Of a stretch of 64,000 bases of DNA, positions 53,856 through 64,000 are shown in pieces. The stretch covers positions 1,224,193 to 1,288,192 of the forward strand of contig NW_008246070.1 in assembly GCF_000281045.1 (NCBI RefSeq), read 5' to 3'. The notes below the pieces were generated by a model that was given only the letters and a program-made list of their open reading frames with translations, was not told where the DNA came from and searched no databases. Each line of letters starts with the position of its first letter. Positions within the stretch are counted from its first letter, which is position 1. Both the position numbers and the translations under genes were made by a program. The DNA comes from Saprolegnia diclina VS20 (lineage: Eukaryota).

Positions 53856-55886
53856 ATGGGCGGTCGAGCGGTACTTGCCTTGAACCAAAGGACGACGGTG
53901 TGTTGAAGTGGTGCTGTGTAGAAGTCGTCCGCTGCCGCAAACAAGTTGAACCGAGGATTCCAGGCGGCGACGACAGCTGGTGCGTCATCAAGTGCATTGG
54001 CTGTGCTCGATGACATCGATCGGCTGCTGCGCGTCACGGCGCCGGTCGCGACGTGTCGACGCAAGCACACGCAGCTGGTCGAGAACCAAGCGCCGCCGCA
54101 CAAAGGCCACGCGTTTGCTCACGCCGCTCGGTCATGGTCGTCGTCAGCGCCCAAGACGCGGCCGAGTCCAGCGTCGTATGCGCCAGTGCTCGTGACCAAG
54201 CGAGTGCCCGGCCCCACTTGGCGCCCGCCTCCACCGCCTTTGCTCCCAGACCATCTTCGTCCCACGTTTGTGCCGGCGTGCGAGCATGACAGCGATTCGA
54301 CCGATTCGAACCCACCGCGTCCACGGGACGCGCCCAAGAGAAGCAAGCCGCGCAAGCCAGTCCAGCGGTCGGTTGGCTATTACTCGGTGTCATACGCGCT
54401 TGTGGAGCCCCGCGTCCGTTACGCCCCGCTCTTGGAGCAAGCGGCCAAGACACGCGCAGCAGCCTCTCGTCGTCGAGCGTACCATCGCCTCGTCGTGCAG
54501 ACATATGCAAGTCTTCGTCGCCCAAGCCATGCACACGAGACGCCAGCCCGAGCGCCGCAGCGACTGCATGGCCATGCGACGTTTGCAAAAGCGCGGCAGC
54601 GTCCGGCACACGTGCGTCGGTGCGAGTGGGGTCCGTCACAGGTGCACATGCCGTGGACGACAGAGCGGAATGGTGTCCTACTCGATCGCACCACGGGGCG
54701 CGACCTTGTGGTTTGCCGGCGCAAGCATGCGGCGCAGCGGATTGCGTTTGCTAGCCGCATGCAGCCCAAGGTCACGCTTGAGCCCGGCACCTACGAAGTC
54801 TCTGGCTCAGCGATCAAAAGCCGGCGCTGCATGATCAACTATGCCAAGGCGAAAGGTCGCAGCGATACCAAGTTGGATCCTTTTGGACGCAAGCTGGATA
54901 CTGGCGTCTCGGCAAGCGTGGCGGTGGCGGAGAGGCACGCCCGCGTGTCGTCGACCGTCAACATGGCACGGGCCAGCGGTCGCCAGCCGATGTCGCTCCA
55001 TGAAGCGCCTGTCTTGGCCCTCTCGCCGCAATACGCCTTTGGAAAGCCGGCGCCTCGTGGTCACGTGTCATTTGCCAAGCAGCGTCGCGGCAACAACCAG
55101 GACGAGCACCAAAGAGAAACCGAGGAGCTTGACCTTGATGTGCGCTACAACAGTGTCGAGCCGCGCGTCAAGGTGCTCGCGTTTCCACCGGTAGCAACGT
55201 CGCCCACCGCTCGCGACGTGCCGACGCTCGAGCTCGCTCCAGCGTACGATGCCAAGTGGCCCAAGCCATCGTGCCTCGTCTCAATGGCAACGGACCGGGC
55301 CGAGCGCTGGCCCAAGCCAATGAAGGAGCGCCCTGAGCAGTGCGACCTCCAGTCGCCCCCATTGCATGTGCAGAGCAAGCACAAGAAAGCCGTGTTTGCC
55401 GTACATATGGACAAGCAGGTTGTGCGGCCAAGCATCGAGCCTGACGCGCCGCTGAGTTACGATGACATTGACCCGACGAAGCTCAGCACACATGCGCGAA
55501 CGACGACAGTCGTCGACATGGCGAAGAATGTGCGTCCGAGAACCGTGCTTGCACGGGACGACCGACCGCTCGACCTCTCGCCGTGTTCCGCTGTGCACAG
55601 TCGCACCAAGCGCGTTCCGACCATCGTGAGCATGGCCACGCAAATGCCCCGTCCGGCAACCAAGACGCTGCAGCAGGCTGAGCTGGCTTCCCCAAGTATC
55701 AAGAACGGAGAACGAAGAAGAGCGCATAGCGCAGCCATGGCAAAGCAAATGGGGCGACGCAGCCGCGGACCCGAGCCGGAGGAGGTGCTGCAGCTGTCAC
55801 CGCGAACGACGAGCCTCTCGGAGCATCGGCGCATCAAGGGCACGCCGGCAATGCGCAAGCCCACCACGATGCGAGCAAGAAGTTGA
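53856..55886 (+). CDS. Basic, Pro/Arg-rich repeat protein resembling SHIPPO/ODF3/STPG-type axonemal proteins; 1 intron
   Basis: Exon 1 MGGRA (53856-53870), intron 53871-53921, then a long ORF. Motifs include PGPTW, VGYYSVSYALVEPR, EPGTYEV and recurrent V.M.K...R. Confidence 0.6.
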
Positions 55887-55917
55887 TGCTATAGTACAAT
55901 CGAGTCTACTAACATAT

Positions 55918-55961
55918 TTTAGTCGGAATGTGTGGCAGCTTTAGTCGGAATGTGTGGCAGC
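55918..55961. repeat. Perfect 22-bp tandem duplication in the 3' flank
   Basis: TTTAGTCGGAATGTGTGGCAGC x2 (55918-55939, 55940-55961). Confidence 0.95.
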
Positions 55962-56501
55962 TTATACTTTTGTCTTCACAATGCTAGTGATAAAAAACCT
56001 GAGAGCGCCGATCCCGCGACGACGTAGTCATCGGAGACTGCTTCATATAGGACGTCAGTATCAAGCACTGGGCCGATGCTCCAGCCCAGTGACCTCGGAA
56101 ACGTCCAGACACGCATCGTCCTAGCCATCCGACGGGTTGCGCTCGGATGCTGTCTACCTACAACTAGGCTAGCATGCTCATGGACCACACCGTGTGGCAT
56201 GGACCGTGGCATGGTCGAGCTACATCTACCAGTTACCTCACGGGCGGAGTAACCGTTGGAGGCGTCGGCGGTGCACGGTGCGATTCGAAATGAGCGGAGC
56301 CCAAGCAACCTCGAAATACTGTCAAATGACCAATAAATAGCATGCCAACATACACTAAATGATTTCAAACTCACATTAAATAGACCGAACATTATTTCGG
56401 GATAATACAGTATTCATGTAACAACAGTATTCACGTATTCACGTACAACAGTATATTATCGTTCGAGTTCGTAAATAGCGTAAACACGATCTCACGGAGA
56501 C

Positions 56502-57364
56502 ATGGAGCGCTTCTTCTCGCACCGCCAGGATGGCGAAGATTGCAGCAACATCGAGGTCGACGTGGGCATGGGCAGCTCCGACATGAGCCTCCTGCTGCTG
56601 CATGGCCCTTCGCGCTCTGGGAAGAGCTCGCTCGCGCTGCAGTATGCGTTTGAGCTCGTCAAGCGGGGCGGGACCGACCCCAGCGTCGTGCTTGTGTCCC
56701 ATGCCAGCACAAAGGCGAACAACCGTATGCGTCTTGTGCGCGTCGCGCCGTGCGAGAGCTGCCACACGCCAGCCGAGTCGGGCCAGGACAGCATCGTCTG
56801 GAGCCGCATTCGCCTCAAGTACCTCGAGAGCGCGGCCCAGCTGCGCCACTTTGTCTGCTCGTTCCACATGCTCGAGGGCAAGAACACGGCCTTGATCATC
56901 GACGACCTCGATCTGTTTTGCACGTCGCCCACGTATGTCATGCGTCTACCACCATCTACGATCGATCGTCTGCCCTATAGGGAGATCTACCGCACCCTCG
57001 CCTTCATCAAGGAGACCATCGAGTTTATGCGTGCGAAATTTGACGCTGGCCAAGCCCTCGTGCTCGGCAGTTCCTCGCTCCTACCGCGGGACCTCCGACG
57101 AACGCTCCGGCGCTGGTTCGATCTGGTCTTGCAGATATCTCCAGGTAAGTCACGCGGCCACGACGCGACTAAGATCTGCATGCTGTAGGTGACAACGATG
57201 CGTTCGTGATCCAGGAAGAGATGTGGCCGAGCACGACGGGCGACGACTGGGCCGAGCTCGTGCCATTATTTCCGCGCTCGTACTGTGTCGAGTACACGTT
57301 CGTGCCCAACAGCGACGACGCCCAGGGCTACCTTCAGTTTACCCGGGCCAGTCTCCGACGCTAG
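56502..57364 (+). CDS. SWSAP1: RecA/RAD51-paralog-like P-loop ATPase, SWSAP1 family; 2 introns
   Basis: LLLHGPSRSGKSSLALQYAF (Walker A); WSRIRLKYL...LRHFVCSFH...ALIIDDLDLF (Walker B); stop TAG at 57362-57364. Confidence 0.7.
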
Positions 57365-57413
57365 AGCTACAGTAGTAATATCTGTCGTATGGTTAGGGCA
57401 AGAGAAAATATGG

Positions 57414-60400
57414 TCATGGCAAGTGTCGGCGCCAACGGCGGTGCATGGTCCAGCCGATCGCTGCGCCGATCGCGACGCCCGAGAGCACTTGTGCCCACAC
57501 CGGGAGGTCCCACTCGAGTGGCGGCGTCAAGCCGGACGACGACAGTGCATGCTGCTGCTTGGCGTCGTCTTCGTCGTCGTCGTCGTCGTGGGACAGCGAC
57601 GGGTCAAAGTTCTCGATGCAGAGGTCTTCGAGGTTGGTCGTCGACACGACCTTGTTGAATTCTCTCGAGACGTGGCGCACGTACGTGGGCGAAATGATGT
57701 TGCTACCCAGTCGAAAGTTGGCTTGGAAGCTCAGGTTCGGATCAGCGTGCAGCGCATCGAGCTCGGGACTGCTCGCCCGCCGCTTCTACACACAATCATT
57801 CGGGTCAAAGAGGTGCGGATGCAGACCAAGTGCATACCACGAGGTTGCGGATCGCCGCCATGGACTCGATGAGCCCAAGCACCTCCGTGACACTGTCCTA
57901 CAGATTTTACGACTCGCGATGAGCCCACAAGACGTGATGGCAGTGAAGGCATACGAGGTAGTAGTTGGCCAAACTCGGCTTCTTCCCGACCGTCACCGTG
58001 TAGCACGCGGGTGCGTCCTTCGTGCTCGCTTCGGCAAACGACCGCACCGCTACATAGGCAGTGAGACCTAGAAACAATGACGTGCATTCATGTCGTCGTA
58101 CTGCGGTAGGCTTGTTCGTCCGACTCGTCGTCGCCCACGACAAGCACAAAGTCGGGCATCGACACTTGTTCCTTGCAATAGTTGAGCAGCATGGACGCCG
58201 CGACCGCCTTGTTGACCCCAAACCGGTGGACCTCCACAAAGCCCTTGCCGCGCACGACCGCTGTCTTTTCTTTCTACATGCGTGTCGTCAAATCGACGCC
58301 ATGACACACAGCGAGTCGTACCTTGAGAAGTTCCGTGAGCTGGTCAAAGAGCTCGGACGCTTGCATTTCGCCGTACTCGGGGTCGCAGTTGCGGTAGTCG
58401 TACATCACCGACGCGTCGCCAACGGCCACGAACGAGCCGTTCGTACGCGAGACGTACGTCTTGATGATACCCGCAACCCGATCTTTCCACAAGAGGTCGT
58501 CGGGCACGTCAGCGTAGAGCGACTCCCACTCGATCGCGCCAGCTTTGCGGAGAAAGTACCCATTGTCCGCGACAAGGGTCACGTCCGTCATCGCCCCAAA
58601 CTCGTGCTCGAGCTCGGCGCGGCATGCATTGCTCCACACCACGACCACGTTGCGCGGGTCCATCGCGAGGCTCTCGAGGCTCAATCGCCCTTCGTACGTG
58701 AGCGGCGTGCGCACTTGGCCGTCGGTTTTCCGGAGTGCGGGGACGCACGGGCCACTCGCGTGGTTGCGGTTGAACTGGTACATCGAGGCTTCGTCGTCCA
58801 TGAGGCACGATGTCCAACTGAGCGTGCCACCATAGTCGAGGAGGAGGAGGCGCTTCGTGGCCTTGACGTACGACCGCAGCACTTCGTCCGCATTGAGCGC
58901 GACAAATCCCGGCGTGAATTGCATCACGCGGTAGTCAAAGCCAAAACCAATCTCCATAAACTCGCCTGTCGAGCCGTGTGCGGTCGACGGCTCGCCCGCG
59001 CTCTCAATGTCGGCCAGCATCCGCGTGCCCCACTCCGACACCGGGTTGTCCTACAGAACCCCATCAAAATGATACAAAATGGTGCAAAATGAAAAATGGC
59101 GTACGAGCAAAAAGTTGTAGTTGAGGAGGAAGCGCGACCGCGTCTCTTGAAACTGCATCTCCATGGCCTTGACGATCGCACTCACCACGTCATCCGTCTT
59201 CCACGGGTTGACGAGCAGCGCGCCGTTGAGAATGCGCGCGTACGATGCAAACTCGGACGCGACGAGGACGCCGAGGTTGGCCGACTCGGACTCGTCGCTC
59301 GCCTCAAACGCATGGTGGTGTGCCGATAAAAACTCAAAGGGCAGCATCGAGAGACCGCCGCGCACGCAGGTGTCGAGGAAGACATGCCCCATCTTCCACA
59401 CCACCATGCGCTGGAGCGAGTGCATCTTGGCAAACTCTTGGTACACGACCACGGGTCGGTCCGGCGTGCCCCACCGGCGGTTGATTTCTTCGACAAACGA
59501 CTCGACGTACCGCTTTGTCTGGTTGTAGTCGTTGGGGCGCGAGTCGATGGAGATGCCCGCTTGGAGCAAAACGATCTCGGACCGGCGCGACGGGTACATG
59601 GCAAGGAACCGATCGAGCGCGCGCAGCTTGAGGGGGATGCCGCAGAGGCCTTCGAGGCGATCCACGGCCGTGAGCACAAAGCGGCCGGCGGTGTGCGGTG
59701 CGAGCTTGGCCTGGAAGCTCGTGGCCATTGCGTCGACTTCGAGGCGCGCCATGAGTTCGCCCATGCGGTGGAGCTCCGTGCCGCAGTGGCTGCATGTGAT
59801 GAGGACGAGGCGGCCATTGTACTCGACCGTGAGCATGCCGTTGTGCGACGTCTTGTAGTTGAGCCCGAGGAGGCGCTTGCAGGCCGTGAGAAAGTGGCGC
59901 GCGTGTTCAAAGACGAGGAACCCAATGTGGTTGGCACACAGCATGGCGCGGAGGATCTCGGTGCGCACAGCGAGCGTCCGAAAGATCTCGCTCGACGGGA
60001 ACGGCACGTGCATGAAGATCGCGATCGAGCCGCCATGGAGCTTCCGGAGGAGGTACGACGCGAGCACGAGCAGCGGAAAGTCATGGATCCAGATGATGCT
60101 GCCCGCTTCCCAGTTCTCAATCACTTTTTTCGCAAAATGGCGGTTTACTTGGCAGTACTCGTTCCAGCACTTGTCTTGCGACGCCGGGTTCCACGACGCC
60201 GGCGCCTGCCACATGCTCGCGCTGCTCGCGGGCGGCGACGTCGGCGGCTTCATGTACGTGTCGCTGTCGTGCTCGCTGCTCGGGCAGTCGTCGAGCTTGA
60301 GCTCAGCCGAGTTGTAGACGTCAATCACGTTGTGGAAGATGGGCCAGAGCACGCCCTTGCAAAAGCCTTGGTAGTGGCGGTGCGCCGTGTCCGGGTCCAA

Positions 60401-60679
60401 GAAGACCGGGACGCAGCGGAACTGCTGGCGAAGCACTTGGCGCACCGCGGCCTCGTCCTTGCGCGGGATGTACACCTCGGGGCAGCCCACGAAGAGCGGC
60501 TCGTAGCGCTGCGCCGAGACGATGTTGCGCAGGAAGAGCCCATACGAGCTCGTGCTCCACTCGATCCGCCATGGGCAGCCCATCGGCCGGGCCTCGTCCA
60601 GCGTGAAGATGAGCGGAAGCACGTTGATGCACACGATGACGGTCGTCGGGCGACTCCGCGGGCTCGGCGGGGCGCTCAT
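57414..60679 (-). CDS. Trehalose-6-phosphate synthase/phosphatase fusion (GT20 + HAD TPP) with a C-terminal TM segment; multi-exon
   Basis: HYQGFCKGVLWPIFH, IWIHDF, FMHVPFPSSEIFR, AVDRL, SEFAS...ILNGALLVNPW, LLLLDYGGTL, GVNK, VGDDESDE; last exon WAQVLSGVAIGAAIGWTMHRRWRRHLP*. Confidence 0.92.
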
Positions 60680-60908
60680 GCTGCCAAACTCCAACTGCTG
60701 CTCGGTGTTTTTATTGCGACAGGCTTTGAATACAAACATCAAGTCTATTGTTTAACATCGACGTTGGGTGCTAAGATCCGGATAAAGATCCCGAGCAACC
60801 GGACTAGAAGATCGTGTTGATGCAGCAAGTGGTTGATGCGACAGGTGTGTCGAGTTAGTTAGTTAGTCATGCAAAACAACTAAGCTCAAGTGCACGTTGT
60901 TATATAGT

Positions 60909-63900
60909 CTATCGGTGGTACGGACCGTAGCGACTCGATGGCGGCCGGTCGCTTGGGGCTCGCCGGTCGCTGCTGCGACCGTGCCGCACGTCCCTTCGAT
61001 CCAAGCGCTCGGGGCTGCGCCGAGGGAGGTCGTCGTAACGTCGAGGGGGGTCGTCGTAACGTCGAGGGGGGTCATCGTGGCGTCGAGGAGGGTCATCGTG
61101 GCGCCGAGGAGGGTCATCGTGGCGTCGAGGAGGGTCATCGTGGCGCCGAGGAGGGTCATCGTGGCGCCGAGGAGGGTCCTCATGGCGCCGAGCAGGGTCC
61201 TCATGGCGACGTGGAGGGACCTCGAGGCGACGTGGAGGGTCCTCGAGGCGACGGGGGCCGCCAGAGTGCGACCCGCCACGGTCCTCGTACGGTACTGCCT
61301 GGCGCGGGCGTTGGGATCGTTCGTGGGATCGATCTCGATGCGCGGACCGGTCTCGTGGCACCCGCTCGGTTGACCGATTGCGAGGCAGCCGATTCGAGTC
61401 CCGGTCCCGGCTGCGGCGATGGCTCGTGCTGTGGCTGCTTGCGCTCGTGCGGCGATCAGGCCCGTGAGGTGATGCCATCCTGGTTGCACCGCTACGCTCA
61501 TGCTCGTCCTTGCTGCGCTCTTTCGGGCTTGAACGAGACTCTTGAACGAGTTCACCGGCTTCCAAAGACGACGAGGACGTCTCGACTTGAGCTTTGGTTT
61601 CGGTCGGCGGCTTCACCGGGGTTGCATCACGCGCCGACGCAGCAGTCGACAGCAGCTGGACGTCCGCGATGGTCGCGGTTTCGACCGGCTTCTCGGCAGT
61701 GGTCGGCATCTTGTCGGCGGTGGTCGGCGTCTTGTCGGCGGTGGTCGGCGTCTTGTCGGCGGAGGTCGGCTTCATGTCGGCGGCGGGAAGTACCTTGTCG
61801 GCGATGGAGAGTACCTTCTTGGTGTCGACGACAGCCTTCTCCGGCTCAATGAATGGCACATCCGACTGGGTCGCAACCTTCTCGGTAGTGCTGGACTTAT
61901 CGACGGCGGCCCTCTCAGCCTTGTCGTCTTCGGGCTTGGTGGCTGGCTTCTCGGTCACATAGGTCGTCTTCTCAGTCTCCGTCGGCTGCGGCTTGCTCTC
62001 CGAGGCTGGTGTTTTGGCCTCAGTCGGAGCAACCTTGACAGCCTCGCCGGTGGTTGTAGTCGTCCGGCGCTCAGTCGAACGACGTTGGTGGTCCACAGGC
62101 TTCTCGAAGGTTTTTCTCGTGGCGACGTCCACGTCTGGCTTGGATACCTCCCGCTCGCTGGACGACTTTGTGTCAAGCGAGCCAGCGGCGTTGTGGTCGC
62201 TTGTACTAGATACACCGTTCGACCGAGACGACTCTGCGTGCATCCGCGGCTCGGTCGGAGGAAGCGGCGGCGGCAGCGGTGGCGAAATGGCACTTGGGCG
62301 GCGCCTGTCGTCGCGGCGGGTATAGTCCACCGGCTCGGTGCGCTGCATGCGGTCACTCCCAGGCCGCAACGGCACGCCTTGCTGCAACCGGCGCTGTCTA
62401 TCGAGTGAGCGGCTACGGTCACGCCCGGTCGAGGGCCGTCGCGACACGGGGTCGCGTCGTCGGGGGGATCGCGGCGGCGCGTCGGGGCGAAACCCGCCGT
62501 TCACTGCTGCGTCTAAAAGCCGCCGCGGCTCGGGCTGCGGCCGATCCGGCTCGCGACGCAGCAGCTTCTTCTCGACCGGCGGCGGCTTGACCGCATACAT
62601 GTTGTCTTGACGTTCGCACTTGGCGCCCGCATCATCTTGGAACCGGCGCAGCGCTTCGTTCGCGTCGTCCTCCGAGAAGTAATGCACGTACATGGCCGTG
62701 GGCTTCATCTGCTGCAGATCGCGCTTCCCCGACGCTGTGAGCTCGATCGAGGGTTTTCGGCCGTCGATCGCGAACCGGTCGGCGCACGTTTTGGCAAAGT
62801 CCGAGCACTTGTCCTTCATGTTGAAGCCAAACCCAGCGCTCTTTTGCTCCATGCGCATGTGGCGGAAGAGCACCGTGACGCGCCGACGCTCCGAGAGTGG
62901 CATGAACGTCGTCTTGTAGAGCTTGGTTTGGAGGAACACGCGGTTCTCCGTCTGAAGCTCGACGAGGGACCCATACGGATCGTTTGTCTGCCGCTGCATC
63001 TGCGCTGCGGTATGGGCCGAGAGCGCGCGCGGCGGCATCGGGCAGGTTAGGTCGATGCCGTAGAACGACGGCGGTCGCTCGAGAAACTCCTTCATCGGCA
63101 CGCTTCGACCGAGCGACTTTTTCTCTGCAAAGATCTCGTCATTCTCCTCAATGACCGCATACGGTCGGCCCCGCATTATGGGCGTGAGCGCGCGCAAGAT
63201 CGAGCTGACCTAACACAATGATTCCATGAGCCATGAAGACCCGATCGGCAGGTCTGTACTTGGCGGCAGTCCTTGAAAAACTTGCGGTCGACGCCGCTGT
63301 ACGTCAGAAACGAGACGGGCGGCTTGGTGGGGGTCGGCGGCCGGGCTTTTGGTGCTGACACCGAGGGCACACTTGTGAGTGGCTTGGCCGACGGCGTCGC
63401 TGGCGTCGTTGGCGTTGTCCGCAGCGACGGTTTCTTCGGAATGCGGAAATCCAGCACCGGGGGCGCGTCACCGACCTCGCCCGGCTCCTTCTCGGCGTCG
63501 CTCGGACCTTTGCCCGGTGGCAGCGGCGGCAGCACCGTCGTCGTCTTTGGAATGACAAAGTTGTCGGCGTCCAGCGAGAGCGGCGGTGGCTTCCCTTCCG
63601 ACGTCGGCGTCGTCTTTGGCCGCGCCGTCGGCGTGCCGCCCAGTGTTGAGCGCGGTCGCAGACTTGGCGTACCACCGGGCGTCGGTCGTGCCCGCATTCG
63701 CGGTGTGTCTCCTGGCGTCGGGCGCGGCGGGTACGTCGGCGTGTCCCGGGGCGTCATCTTGGGCTTTGGAAGCACAGCGTGGTCGTCGACCAGCGAGAGC
63801 GGTGACGGCTTGGACCGGTCGTCCATTTTCGCACGAAAGTTGGGCGTCGCAATCCCCTTTGTACTCTGCGGGCTTGGCGCGGGCGCTTCTTCGATGACCT

Positions 63901-64000
63901 CGCCCGACTCGTCGAGAAAGTCGGTCGTGTCGATTGCTGCGCTCGAAGCGTCTTCGTCCGTGGGACACGGCGACGCGGTCTGGATGCGTCGAGCAGTCGA
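60909..64000 (-). CDS. Large low-complexity protein (degenerate RRM-like domain, TP repeats, RD/RS-rich tail with RRHDDPP heptads); 5' end outside the window
   Basis: ORFs 60909-63197 and 63176-63826 are joined by an intron near 63210-63259. RVTVLFRHM...AMYVHYFSEDDANEALRRF suggests an RRM-like fold. Confidence 0.7.
61023..61253. repeat. 21-bp coding minisatellite, 11 units encoding RR(L/H/Y)(E/D)DPP
   Basis: The gagggtcatcgtggcgccgag-type unit is repeated; translation RRLEDPP RRLEVPP RRHEDPA RRHEDPP (RRHDDPP)5 RRYDDPP RRYDDLP. Confidence 0.95.
61676..61822. repeat. 21-bp coding minisatellite encoding DKTPTTA-like heptads
   Basis: cttgtcggcggtggtcggcgt-type units; translation DKVLPAA DMKPTSA DKTPTTA DKTPTTA DKMPTTA EKPVETA. 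Confidence 0.85.

Noticed and set aside
61023..61253. Regularly spaced repeats as a possible CRISPR array
   Set aside because: The 21-bp units are contiguous with no unique spacers, are in frame within a CDS, and the context is eukaryotic with no cas genes.

Overview
Gene-dense, GC-rich eukaryotic DNA with very short GT-AG introns (about 43-51 nt where measured) and oomycete-type INR/FPR core promoters. It is most consistent with a Saprolegniales oomycete (Saprolegnia/Achlya-like); this is an inference. About 33 protein-coding genes could be reconstructed by eye. Recognisable ones include TOP3A, an MscS channel, a cytochrome P450, mitochondrial bL20, DENND6, two tandem pyroglutamyl peptidases, a UBE3D-like protein, a papain-family protease, acyl-CoA oxidase, MAPK15/ERK7, RRP6, class II aldolase, DNAAF1, dynein LC4-like, eIF3g, SWSAP1-like and a TPS/TPP fusion. 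No rRNA, tRNA, CRISPR array or intact transposon was recognised. The most notable observations are: (1) a minor-spliceosome U11-48K (SNRNP48) gene, split by introns and carrying an inserted PWI domain; (2) a 9-exon gene that no single ORF captures, with a duplicated-exon repeat; (3) a stand-alone dynein microtubule-binding-domain-like protein; (4) a 1750-aa intronless, internally duplicated multi-pass membrane protein; (5) a P450 with no membrane anchor and a Thr-to-Asn change in the I-helix; (6) a tail-anchored, catalytically degenerate TPS/TPP; (7) a prokaryote-like, GATase-less asparagine-synthase protein with a Zn ribbon; (8) a recurrent promoter motif CCGGATA(C). All assignments come from motif recognition; no database searches were run.
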